IMG/VR virus record: IMGVR_UViG_3300044830_000034
Span: 1-57,149 of that record
Length of the DNA: 57,149 bases
Reading direction: 5' to 3' (one strand)
Source: a virus
Taxonomy: Duplodnaviria; Caudoviricetes
In this document: positions 9,709-18,812 of the stretch, in pieces
Layout of the letters: the number at the start of each line of letters is the position of its first letter
How positions within the stretch are numbered: position 1 is the stretch's first letter
Notes under the pieces: generated by a model
Database searches by the model: none
Told to the model about the DNA's origin: nothing
Seen by the model: only the letters and a program-made list of their open reading frames with translations
Position numbers and translations under genes: made by a program

Positions 9709-9738
9709 TTGACCTTCTGACCTGCGCGAGCATATTGT
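9709..9738 (+). promoter_or_regulatory. HrdB/sigma70-type promoter, candidate late promoter
   Basis: TTGACC-N18-TATTGT in an AT-richer intergenic stretch. Confidence 0.55.
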
Positions 9739-9762
9739 GTGATCGTCTGGAACTTACTGTCG

Positions 9763-9793
9763 AAAGGGGCCACCTCTCAGGTGGCCCCTTTTT
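9763..9793 (+). terminator. intrinsic terminator just downstream of the promoter
   Basis: AAAGGGGCCACCT-CTC-AGGTGGCCCC-TTTTT. Confidence 0.7.
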
Positions 9794-9805
9794 GCATGCT
9801 CGGGG

Positions 9806-10066
9806 GTGATCCAACTGCCCGAGCAGCATCTCGTAGACGAGGATCTCGCCGCCTACTTCATCGGCCGACCGAAGTCCACGATCCGCCGATGGGCCGCCGA
9901 AGGCCGCATCGCCCGGCACGAGGACCACAGCGACAGGCGCAACGGCGTCCGCTACGACCTGTGGGAACTCCCCGCCGCCACCCGCGACCCGGACACCAAG
10001 ACTCTGATCGCGCCGGGTGAAGCACCCCCGGTCAAGGCCGCAGCCGACCTCCTCGCCGCCGCATAG
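9806..10066 (+). CDS. HTH DNA-binding protein (MerR/excisionase-like)
   Basis: AAYFIGRPKSTIRRWAAEGRI...RYDL. Confidence 0.7.
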   Translation: MIQLPEQHLVDEDLAAYFIGRPKSTIRRWAAEGRIARHEDHSDRRNGVRYDLWELPAATRDPDTKTLIAPGEAPPVKAAADLLAAA

Positions 10067-10109
10067 CAGCACCGCAACCGCCACCACCATCACCGCCAGG
10101 AGCTACCCC

Positions 10110-10472
10110 TTGCCTTCCGTTCCCCCGACCATGCGCGTTTTCGTCGTCAACACCGGTGAAGTCCCCACCCTCCACGCCCGCCGTATCGAAGCCGCCTACT
10201 ACGGCATCGAGGACGGCTTCATGACGTTCAAGGACGGCGACCACAAGGCGGTCTTCAGCGTCCGGCCCGACCACCTCGTGTCGATCGAGCGCGCCCACGG
10301 GGCAGAGCCGGTCATGGACGCGTTCGCGCAGGCGCTCCAGCAGGCGGACGCGCAGGGCTCCGCCACCGTCGGCTTCCGCAACGGGACCACCGACGAGACC
10401 AGCGGGCAGACCATCGAGACCGGCTACGACATCACCGTCGAGCGGTTCGGCGGAGTGCGTTCAGCCGCGTAA
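10110..10472 (+). CDS. hypothetical protein
   Basis: RBS AGGAG before TTG. Confidence 0.55.
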   Translation: MPSVPPTMRVFVVNTGEVPTLHARRIEAAYYGIEDGFMTFKDGDHKAVFSVRPDHLVSIERAHGAEPVMDAFAQALQQADAQGSATVGFRNGTTDETSGQTIETGYDITVERFGGVRSAA

Positions 10473-10650
10473 CCCCCACACTGCCCCGTCGGTTCGCCGA
10501 TATAGGGGCCGCAGGTGGTGCCCTGAGGGCCGATCCTGCCCCGCGCGGCCCGTTCTGACGGCCGGGTCGCGCGGCACTCACTCGTCGTCAATCGAGCGCC
10601 TGTGGCGGGCCGCTCCCGCCCGCGAGGAAACACCACGAGGGAGGCAGGCC

Positions 10651-10950
10651 ATGGCCAACTACACCGGCAGCCGCATCGTTTCCGCCGCCCTCGTAGCGGC
10701 CACCGCTGACACCGTCACCCTTGACGCCGACTACACCGCCGTCGAAATCCTCAACCGCAGCGGCAGCGCGGAGATCTTCGCCACCGTCGACGGCGGGCCC
10801 GCTCCCACCGTCGGCGGCACCAACTGCGACGTGCTGCCTGCCGCGATCGGCTCGCTCACCATCGACGCATCGGCCTACGGCGTCCCCACCGTCGTAAAGC
10901 TCATCAGCTCCGGCACCCCGACCTACACGGTCAAGGGGCTCCTGCGGTGA
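10651..10950 (+). CDS. small beta-rich putative virion protein
   Basis: strong RBS; T/V/G-rich sequence. Confidence 0.55.
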   Translation: MANYTGSRIVSAALVAATADTVTLDADYTAVEILNRSGSAEIFATVDGGPAPTVGGTNCDVLPAAIGSLTIDASAYGVPTVVKLISSGTPTYTVKGLLR

Positions 10951-12626
10951 CCCACAGCCGGCAGGTCTTCGCCCCGCCGGGGCACGCCGACGCGTGGCAG
11001 TTCAACATCGAGGACTACGGCGCCGTCAGCGATGCCAAGGTCGTCGGCGACGGGGCGGTCGTCGGCGGGGTGCCCGCGGTCACCTGCGCCACCAGTACCC
11101 CGTTCTCCGGCAGCCTCGTCGGCAAGCCCGTCCTGATCAAGGGAGCGGGTTCCAACGGCGTCACATCGTTCCGCACGACGTTCTCCGCCTACAACAGCCC
11201 GTCGAGCATGGCGCTGACGGACACCCCGCCGGTCAGCATCACCGGCGCGATCGTCGCCTTCGGCACGAACAGCTACACCGCGATCCGGCTGGCGACGGCC
11301 GCAGCCGAGGCGTACCTCAACGGCACCGGCACCGGCGTGGCCTCCACGCCGCACACCTTCGCCCGGGTCTACACGCCGCCGCGGCCGTACATCGTGGACG
11401 GGCCGCTCGACGTCTCCAAGAGCGGCAACGGGCAGGTCCCGTTCGGCGTCTACCCGACCACCGACGTCAAGAAGGTCATCGAATTCAGCGGCGAGACGAA
11501 CGGCGCCGCCGCGGTCCGCCACTGGGAGCAACTGCTGCCGCAGGTCGCCGGGTCGTGCTGGATCTCCTTCGGGTTCTACGCCTCGACGAGCGCGCAGATC
11601 ACCGACCTGAACGCAAACGGGAACCCCGGCATCATCAGCGGACCGAACGAGGGCACCAGCAACGGCCTCGCCTACGGAGCGGGCGGCCGGTACAGCAACG
11701 TCATGGCGATCATCCGGAACATGGCGCTGCTCAACGCGCACACCGCGTTCGGCATCACCTACGGCATGGCGAACCTCTTCGGCTGCGCCAACGCCCTCGT
11801 CGAGAACGTCGGCGGCGGCACGCTGGGCACCGTGGCATCCCCGAGCGCGGACTACACCAGCCCCGGCGTCTTCGGTACGGGCCTGTCGATCGGACTGCTG
11901 CTGCCGGCCAACGGCAACAACGATCACAACGTGGTCCGCAACCTCAGCATCGGCGGCGGCTACACCTACGGCCTGTTCCTCACCGAGCACGGCCTCGTGG
12001 ACAGGGTGATGGTCCTGTACTGCTGGGCGGGTCTCTGTCCGGTCGGCACTTACGCGGGGTCCTTCGGCGCAACGCACGCGATGAAGGTGCTGCAGGCCAG
12101 CATCGAAGCGTGCGGCCGAGAGTTGTACTTCATCGGCGCCGGCTCCAACGGCGTGACGATCTTCGACTGCGACCAGCTCCAGACGGAGTCAGGGACGCCG
12201 ACGATTGATGGCAACTCGACCGCGGCACTGGCGGCCGTTGTCGGGCGGACCAAGCTGACCGGGCTGTTCACCCCGTCGGGTGTGACCATCGCTCAGCCGT
12301 CGGGGATCGAGCTGGTCAACGGGCAGGTTCCGCGGGCCATCACCATCCAGACCGCGAACTATGCGGCCGGACCGCTGGACCGCACCATCCTGATGGACAC
12401 CACCGCGGGGAACCTGACGCTGTCCCTGCCGGATGCCGACTTCAGCGCGGTCGAGTACATCGCCAAGAACGTCGGTGCGAACACGCTGACGGTCGCGGCG
12501 CTCACGAGCCCGCAGCAGAAGATCGTCGACACGGCGAGCGTCAACAGCATCGCCTTGGCGGCTGGCGCATCAGCCCGGTTGCAGGCGAAGTACAACGGGA
12601 CGGCGTGGAGTTGGTACCGGCTCTGA
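10947..12626 (+). CDS. tailspike/pectin-lyase-fold putative virion protein
   Basis: FNIEDYGAVSD N-terminal motif, G/N/T-rich beta-helix-like body, C-terminal DTTAGNLTLSLP module. Confidence 0.6.
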   Translation: MTHSRQVFAPPGHADAWQFNIEDYGAVSDAKVVGDGAVVGGVPAVTCATSTPFSGSLVGKPVLIKGAGSNGVTSFRTTFSAYNSPSSMALTDTPPVSITGAIVAFGTNSYTAIRLATAAAEAYLNGTGTGVASTPHTFARVYTPPRPYIVDGPLDVSKSGNGQVPFGVYPTTDVKKVIEFSGETNGAAAVRHWEQLLPQVAGSCWISFGFYASTSAQITDLNANGNPGIISGPNEGTSNGLAYGAGGRYSNVMAIIRNMALLNAHTAFGITYGMANLFGCANALVENVGGGTLGTVASPSADYTSPGVFGTGLSIGLLLPANGNNDHNVVRNLSIGGGYTYGLFLTEHGLVDRVMVLYCWAGLCPVGTYAGSFGATHAMKVLQASIEACGRELYFIGAGSNGVTIFDCDQLQTESGTPTIDGNSTAALAAVVGRTKLTGLFTPSGVTIAQPSGIELVNGQVPRAITIQTANYAAGPLDRTILMDTTAGNLTLSLPDADFSAVEYIAKNVGANTLTVAALTSPQQKIVDTASVNSIALAAGASARLQAKYNGTAWSWYRL

Positions 12627-12629
12627 GCG

Positions 12630-13064
12630 TCAGCCCAGGGTCACGGTGAACCCGCCTGCTCTCGCTGTGGCCTCCGACACGGTGACCGCCTTCCGGTCAG
12701 CAACCCGCACCCGATACGGGCCGGCTCCGGCCGGTACGCCCGGCACCCGGACCGGGAACCGGCACGGCACCGCATAGCCGGCGGGCGCTTTCCCCGGCCC
12801 GAGCGATCCGGTCGCCACCTGCATCCCGTCCTTGCCGAACACCAGGACCGGCGCGCCCTCGGCCACCTTGCCGAAGCCCAGCCCGGACCAGCCCGTGCAG
12901 CTGACTCCGTCCGACGCGTCCGTCGCCCCGGTGGCCAACGTCGCCGAGCCGGACAGGGTGAAGGATCCGGGCTTCGGCTTGGCCGGCGCCGTCGGCGAGG
13001 ACGAGCAGCCCGCCAGCAGCACGAGCAGGGCAACGGGCAGTAGCAATTTCCGCAGATCAGACAT
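12630..13064 (-). CDS. lipoprotein (moron)
   Basis: signal peptide with LAGC lipobox; own leaderless promoter CGTCGG-N10-GATGCT at 13093-13072. Confidence 0.7.
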   Translation of the reverse strand: MSDLRKLLLPVALLVLLAGCSSSPTAPAKPKPGSFTLSGSATLATGATDASDGVSCTGWSGLGFGKVAEGAPVLVFGKDGMQVATGSLGPGKAPAGYAVPCRFPVRVPGVPAGAGPYRVRVADRKAVTVSEATARAGGFTVTLG

Positions 13065-13147
13065 GCGCGCGAGCATCCCAGCCCAGCCCGACGCCCGTGC
13101 CGTATCCACCAGATCGTGATCCGACGGCGCTGATCGGAGTCGCGAAG

Positions 13148-13507
13148 ATGCCCGGACGTACAGGCTGGCGGGTGTGCAGCAAGCCGGGTTGCCCCGAGTT
13201 CACGGACAAGGGTGGCAAGTGTGACGGCTGCCGGTCCGAGGCTGAGCAGCGTCGGGGTAGCGCACGGCAGCGCGGCTACGGCCGCGAGCACGAGCAGCGC
13301 TTCCGGCCCGGCGTGCTCGCCCGCGACCCGGTGTGCGTCCTCTGTGGCGAAGCGCCCAGCGTGCACGCCGACCACTGGCCGCTCGACCGGCGCCAGCTCG
13401 TACACCAGGGCCTCGACGCCGACGACCCACGGCACGGACGCGGGCTGTGCGGGCCGTGCCACGGCAAGGAGACGGCCGCCGCCCAGCCCGGAGGGTGGAA
13501 TGCATGA
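13148..13507 (+). CDS. HNH endonuclease (terminase-associated type)
   Basis: CSKPGC...RGYG...CVLC...ADH...LCGPCH. Confidence 0.85.
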   Translation: MPGRTGWRVCSKPGCPEFTDKGGKCDGCRSEAEQRRGSARQRGYGREHEQRFRPGVLARDPVCVLCGEAPSVHADHWPLDRRQLVHQGLDADDPRHGRGLCGPCHGKETAAAQPGGWNA

Positions 13508-13698
13508 CTCGCAACGGCTGGTGGGCGGAGCACGAACCCGATCCCGAGACCAATCCCTTTGCGCCTCGGGCGCCGTGGGTGGCGACACTCCAGACCGACG
13601 TCGGATGCAACACCCTCGGCGGCGTCGCCTTCTACAGCGAAGCCGACTGCCTCACCTTCATACGCGAATGCGTGGTCGGCATGCCCTGCATCGACTGA
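13504..13698 (+). CDS. hypothetical protein
   Basis: ATGA overlap with the HNH gene. Confidence 0.45.
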   Translation: MTRNGWWAEHEPDPETNPFAPRAPWVATLQTDVGCNTLGGVAFYSEADCLTFIRECVVGMPCID

Positions 13699-13812
13699 GC
13701 CAGGCGGATGGAACCGCCGCGACTGACCCCCCAACGCCTGCGGCCAGCTACCGCAGGAAGGAAGCCCCGGTCGCCCCGAGAGCCGGGGCTTCCGCATCTC
13801 TCGGGAGACATC

Positions 13813-14583
13813 ATGGAAACCCAGTCCGATCAGGACCGCAATGATCACTACGTCCCCGATCGACTCTTCCTCGAAGGGCGCCCCGGCTACGTCGAGATCA
13901 CCCCGCCGCGCGACGGCGTCTACCGGCATGGCCGCGAGACCATCGGCGCCCCCGACGAGCTGAACCGCGACGCGCACTGGCGCTGGGCAGACGTGTCCGG
14001 CGACGGCTCGCACTGGTCCCTCTTCGAAGGCCACCACGTCCAGGTCGACATCGAGCTGCACACCAGCAACCGGCGCGAGGTCAACGACTGGAAGGGCCGC
14101 GACGAGATCCGCGCCGAGGGGACGTGGACGCTCGCCCTCAACCGGCAGCAGGTCTGGGAAGGGTTCATCCGCTCCAATCCGCTGGATCGGCTCATGGAGA
14201 TCCGGCGCGTTGCGCAGCAACTCCTCGAACACGACGCGATCGACTGGCGCTCCGGTGTCCCCCTGGCCGAGCAGTTCCTCGGGCGGCGCGTCTACTACCG
14301 CGACACCCCGGCGGTGGTCTCCAGCGTGAGTTGCCTGGACCAGGGGTGCGTGATGCTTACCCCGGTCGGAGCGGCTCAGTTCCCGATCCCCGCGTGGGGA
14401 TTGGACAAGGACGACTACTACAACGACGAGCCCGAGGCAAAGGTTGACCTGCTCTACCCGCACGTCTGGTGGTGGCGAGACAGGCCCGCAGGCGACGAGG
14501 AGGACCTCCGACCCAAGTACGACGCCGAGGCGCAGGCCAAGGAAGTCCCCGTGCCCGCCGACTCCGACGTGGCGGTGGACTGA
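13813..14583 (+). CDS. hypothetical protein
   Basis: RBS GGGAG, globular W/D-rich ORF. Confidence 0.65.
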   Translation: METQSDQDRNDHYVPDRLFLEGRPGYVEITPPRDGVYRHGRETIGAPDELNRDAHWRWADVSGDGSHWSLFEGHHVQVDIELHTSNRREVNDWKGRDEIRAEGTWTLALNRQQVWEGFIRSNPLDRLMEIRRVAQQLLEHDAIDWRSGVPLAEQFLGRRVYYRDTPAVVSSVSCLDQGCVMLTPVGAAQFPIPAWGLDKDDYYNDEPEAKVDLLYPHVWWWRDRPAGDEEDLRPKYDAEAQAKEVPVPADSDVAVD

Positions 14584-14584
14584 C

Positions 14585-14986
14585 ATGGCTGACGCGCTGA
14601 AGAGCCATCCCTGCCTTGACGCCCGAGTGGACAGGCACCCCCACGACGCCCACGACTGGGTGGAGCTGTTCAACGGGCCGGTGCACTGCCCCGGGTATGG
14701 CGAGCCGGACGAAGGCGTCAAGGAACCCGCGCCGCCGCAGACTCCCGAGGAGAAGGTCCACGACCTGGAGCATGTCATCCAGCGCGTCCGGGAAGCCGTC
14801 GGCACGGACCAGCCTGTGACCCCGACGGGGGAGCGCATCACCGCACTTGAGACCACCTTGCGGGAGGTCCTCGCGCAGTTCGTCCACGACACGCATCCCG
14901 GCCGCTCCTGCAAGCAGACAGGCCACGTCAACGTCGAGACCGTCCGACGGTGGCATGCGGTGCTCAACGAAGCGGTGACCGGCTGA
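14585..14986 (+). CDS. hypothetical protein
   Basis: ORF in a coupled series. Confidence 0.6.
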   Translation: MADALKSHPCLDARVDRHPHDAHDWVELFNGPVHCPGYGEPDEGVKEPAPPQTPEEKVHDLEHVIQRVREAVGTDQPVTPTGERITALETTLREVLAQFVHDTHPGRSCKQTGHVNVETVRRWHAVLNEAVTG

Positions 14987-15660
14987 TGGCCCGCATCCAG
15001 ATCCTCGAACTGCCCGCGACCGGCCGGGGCGACAGCGTGGAGACTCCGTTCGCCCTCGTCATCGACCAAGCCGACGACAGCATCCGCGCGGCGTTCGACC
15101 GGAACGCCGACGTCGAGACGCGGTCACTGCCCGACGGGACGATGTACAGCCTCCAGAGGCCCCTTGCCGAGCAGCTCGGAGCCCGCACCGTCCTGGTCTT
15201 CGATGGCGCCATCGAGATCCCCGCCAGCGGAGTCGATCTCCCGGACGCCGTGCTGGTAGGCGGCGGCAACGATGCGCTCACCGAGATGGCCCGCAGCCGC
15301 GACGAATGGATGGAACGCTCCATCCGGTTCGAAGGGCGCGTTGCACAGATCCGCGAGCAGCGCGAGCAGCACAAGACGGCCATCACGGACGCGCTCGGCA
15401 TAGACCGGATCCGCGACTGGGACGACGTCCTCAACGCCGCCCGGGGCATCCGCCGTGAACGTCAGGCGCAGCGAGACATCATCCAGGCCGCGTACCGCCT
15501 CCATTGCCCCGACAGCTACCAGGGCCAGGAGATCTGCACCCACTGCTCCGCCATTGACGATACGGGTACCAGATACGTGCTGTACCCCTGCGCCACCATC
15601 AAGCTCACCGCCCCGCCCGAACCGGAGACACGGCCCGAGACGCCGGAGCCGACCCCATGA
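14986..15660 (+). CDS. hypothetical phage protein
   Basis: MARIQILELP...TPFALVIDQ N-terminus; C-terminal CTHC...YPCAT. Confidence 0.65.
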   Translation: MARIQILELPATGRGDSVETPFALVIDQADDSIRAAFDRNADVETRSLPDGTMYSLQRPLAEQLGARTVLVFDGAIEIPASGVDLPDAVLVGGGNDALTEMARSRDEWMERSIRFEGRVAQIREQREQHKTAITDALGIDRIRDWDDVLNAARGIRRERQAQRDIIQAAYRLHCPDSYQGQEICTHCSAIDDTGTRYVLYPCATIKLTAPPEPETRPETPEPTP

Positions 15661-16040
15661 GCAGCACCTACAACGCGATCTGCCTCAGCCATGACCCGGG
15701 CATCGTCATCGGCCACGACTTCACCTACGAGGAAGCCAACAGCCTCAGCAGCCGCGACCGGCTGACCGGCCACGAGACCTGCGACATCGCCATCGGCCGC
15801 TACTCGTACCCGCTGATCGAAGTGGCCTGCCTCGGCATACAGCTCCCCGGCCCGACCGGCTGCAAGGGTTACCACAGCAGCGTCAAGTGGATCGACCGGG
15901 ACTGGCTACGGCTGCTCGCCACCGCCGGACCCGACGCCCACCCGGAGGCAATGCGCGCGCTGTCCGCACACGGATGCTGGCCGCTCGAACGCGTGCACCG
16001 ACTGCGTGTCGAACTCGGCAGCGGAAGCGAGGGCCAGTGA
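15657..16040 (+). CDS. hypothetical protein
   Basis: coupled ORF, Cys/His-rich. Confidence 0.6.
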   Translation: MSSTYNAICLSHDPGIVIGHDFTYEEANSLSSRDRLTGHETCDIAIGRYSYPLIEVACLGIQLPGPTGCKGYHSSVKWIDRDWLRLLATAGPDAHPEAMRALSAHGCWPLERVHRLRVELGSGSEGQ

Positions 16041-16285
16041 GCAATCCCGCCGAGCAGCCCATCGGTGACGTCATCGACGGACTCGGCATCACCGCTTCCG
16101 TCACCGAAGGCGAGCTCGTGGCCGGCGCCATCGTCCTACTCAAGGTGCTGCAAGCCGATGGGCAAGTCCGCCTCAGCATGTGCCACAGCGACGGACTCGG
16201 ATGGATCGAGAGGGCGGGCATGCTGCACGTCGCCGAGGCGGTCGAGACCGGCGACGCACGAGGCAGCCGAACCGACAGCGGCTGA
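16037..16285 (+). CDS. hypothetical protein
   Basis: GTGA overlap; LGWIERAGML motif. Confidence 0.6.
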   Translation: MSNPAEQPIGDVIDGLGITASVTEGELVAGAIVLLKVLQADGQVRLSMCHSDGLGWIERAGMLHVAEAVETGDARGSRTDSG

Positions 16286-16348
16286 CATGCGCTCGCACAC
16301 CGACGCACCCCATCACCACCCCACCGTCTCCAACGCGAAGGCGACTCT

Positions 16349-16564
16349 GTGCTCGTCACGGTCATCAACGGCGACCGCCGGGTGGACATCAAGATCAAGG
16401 GTCATGGCCGCAAGGCGCTAGCGCGGGCCGAGGAGACTGCGGCCCGGCTCATGGCAGCCGGACCTGAAGCCGAACCACCCATGCCGGTCCCGGCGTTCGG
16501 ATACTCGGTCGGCGCCGACCACGATCAGTCGTACCAATACCCCGGCGACCACCACGCTGAGTGA
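16349..16564 (+). CDS. hypothetical protein
   Basis: short ORF before the packaging region. Confidence 0.5.
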   Translation: MLVTVINGDRRVDIKIKGHGRKALARAEETAARLMAAGPEAEPPMPVPAFGYSVGADHDQSYQYPGDHHAE

Positions 16565-16680
16565 TGGGTACCCGGGGGGTGGGGGTCAAAGATGATCTCT
16601 CCGGGACCTACGGGGAGGCACCTCGAAATCTGTACGGGTCTCCAAAGTCTTTTGATCTTGATCTAGTAACTCTGAGTAAC
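16565..16680. other. putative cos/packaging-initiation region
   Basis: non-coding stretch just before terS with GGGGGGTGGGGGTC...CGGGGAG G-tracts; inferred from position. Confidence 0.35.
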
Positions 16681-16741
16681 CATCGACGTGCCGCAACGGC
16701 CGTCGGATCGATGCCGCAACGGCACGACAGAGGTGAATTCC

Positions 16742-17194
16742 ATGCCTGGAAACGGCCCCCTGCCCAAGGACTCGTCACAACGGCGACGGCGCAATGCCGA
16801 CGCGGTCACGACGACGGTCCTTCCGGCCACTGGCCCCGACGGACCGACTCCCGAACTCCCTGGCGGTCACGACTACGACAGCCGCACGCTGGCCTGGTAT
16901 GAGACCTGGCGCAGCAGCCCGCAGGCCGCAGAGTTCCTCGCCACGGACTGGCAGCGGCTGCATATGCTCGCCGAACTGGTCCAGTTGTACTGGGAAGAGC
17001 CGAAGAAGGATCTGCTCTCCGAGATCCGCCTGAACGAGGCCGCCATCGGTGGCACCGCAGCGGACCGCATCCGACTTCGCTGGAGTGTGGCCGATCCGGA
17101 CGAGGGTCAGACTCGTCACCAGACGAGGGCCCGCGGTTCGTCGTCGCGGCGTGACCGGGTGTTGAAGGTCGTTGATGGCCCGGCGGATAGCTGA
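16742..17194 (+). CDS. terS: terminase small subunit
   Basis: GPLPKD..RRRRN N-terminus, WYETWRSSPQA, EIRLNEAAIGGTAADRIRLRW. Confidence 0.85.
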   Translation: MPGNGPLPKDSSQRRRRNADAVTTTVLPATGPDGPTPELPGGHDYDSRTLAWYETWRSSPQAAEFLATDWQRLHMLAELVQLYWEEPKKDLLSEIRLNEAAIGGTAADRIRLRWSVADPDEGQTRHQTRARGSSSRRDRVLKVVDGPADS

Positions 17195-18794
17195 CTCGGA
17201 CCGGTTCGTCTCGCTCGGCTTCGAGGCGATCGACTGGATCGAGCACTACCTGTGCCATGGCCCCGGCGACGTGCAGGGCGAGCCGGTCGTCATTGACGAC
17301 GAGATGGCCGCGTTCATCGTCAAGGCGTACCAGCTCGACGCGGTGACGGGTCGACGAAAGATCAACCGGGCGTTCCTGTCCCGTCCGAAGGGACGGGCGA
17401 AGAGCGAGCTGGCCGGCGCGTTGGTGTGTTTTGAGGCATTGGGGCCGTGCCGGTTCGACGGCTGGGATGCCAGCGGCGATCCGGTGGGGCGCGAGCAGAT
17501 ATACCCGTTCATCCGCTGCCTGGCGACGGAGGAGAACCAGTCCGGCAACACCTACGACAACGTCACAGCGATGCTGGAGCACCTCGTTGAGAACTTCGGC
17601 GATGAGTTTCCCGGGATCGACTTGGGGCGTTCGGCGCAGACGTCGAGCCGGATCTACATCGAGGGCGGCGGGGAGATCGTCCCCTCAACGTCGTCGGCTC
17701 TGGCGAAAGACGGCGGCAAGGAGACGTTCGCGGTCTTCGACGAGACGCACCTGTACGTGCTGCCCGAGTTGCGGGCGATGCACAAGACGATGCGCCGCAA
17801 CCTGGTGAAGCGCCGGGCGGCGGAGCCATGGTCGCTGGAGACGTCGACGATGTATGCGGTCGGCGAGAACTCCGTCGCGGAGGCCACGCACGAGTACCAC
17901 AAGGCTGTTCAGTCCGGCCGGGTACGTGACGGCGGCTTGCTGTTCGACCACCGCGAGGCCCCGCATGTCGAGGATCTGCACGACGACGACCAGCTGCTGC
18001 CCGCGCTGGAGTTCGTGTACGGCGACGCCGCGGGCTGGATGGACCTGGAGCGGATCGCCAGCGACATGCGGGAGCCGGACACCGATCCGGCGGATGCGCG
18101 CCGGTATTTCCTGAATCAGCCGGGTACGGCGTCGGCGAAGGCGTTCGACCCGGCCCGGTGGCGGGAGCTGGCCGACTCCACGTTCGTCATTCCGGCGAAG
18201 GAGCCGATCGCGATCGGCTTTGACGGATCGAAGTGGAGCGACTCGACGGGCTTCGTTGCAACCCATATCGAGACGGGCCACCAATGGGTCCTCGAATGCT
18301 GGGAGTCCCCGGCGAACAAGCAGGACGCCGACGCCTGGGAAGTGCCTGAGGCCGAGGTCAACGCAGTCCTGGACGAGGCCATGAACACCTGGCACGTGGT
18401 GCGCGTCTACGCGGACCCGGCCTACTACGAGGAGACGATCGCGGGATGGGCCGGTAAGTATGGCCCGAAGATCGTCACCGAGTGGTGGACTCACCGGCGC
18501 CGGCAGATGGCCTTCGCACTTCGGGCGTACAGGACGGCGATGACGGGCGGAGAGCTGTCGCATGACGGCAGCGACGCCTTCGCCCGACACATCGCCAACG
18601 CCGTGAAACGCAACGCCGGCGTGAAGGACGACGACGGCAAGCCGATGTGGACGATCCAGAAGGACCGCCATGACTCGCCCCGAAAGATCGACCTCGCTAT
18701 GGCCGGCTGCCTCTCCTGGGAGGCGCGGCGTGACGCGATCAAGGCAGGCGGCAACGAGCCGCCGCCGCCCCGTAGAACGACTGTGATGCGCTGA
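17175..18794 (+). CDS. terL: terminase large subunit
   Basis: SRPKGRAKSE Walker A, VFDETH Walker B, IGFDGS nuclease motif, RKIDLAMA. Confidence 0.95.
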   Translation: MARRIADSDRFVSLGFEAIDWIEHYLCHGPGDVQGEPVVIDDEMAAFIVKAYQLDAVTGRRKINRAFLSRPKGRAKSELAGALVCFEALGPCRFDGWDASGDPVGREQIYPFIRCLATEENQSGNTYDNVTAMLEHLVENFGDEFPGIDLGRSAQTSSRIYIEGGGEIVPSTSSALAKDGGKETFAVFDETHLYVLPELRAMHKTMRRNLVKRRAAEPWSLETSTMYAVGENSVAEATHEYHKAVQSGRVRDGGLLFDHREAPHVEDLHDDDQLLPALEFVYGDAAGWMDLERIASDMREPDTDPADARRYFLNQPGTASAKAFDPARWRELADSTFVIPAKEPIAIGFDGSKWSDSTGFVATHIETGHQWVLECWESPANKQDADAWEVPEAEVNAVLDEAMNTWHVVRVYADPAYYEETIAGWAGKYGPKIVTEWWTHRRRQMAFALRAYRTAMTGGELSHDGSDAFARHIANAVKRNAGVKDDDGKPMWTIQKDRHDSPRKIDLAMAGCLSWEARRDAIKAGGNEPPPPRRTTVMR

Positions 18795-18812
18795 CGGATG
18801 CGGGGGTGCTCT

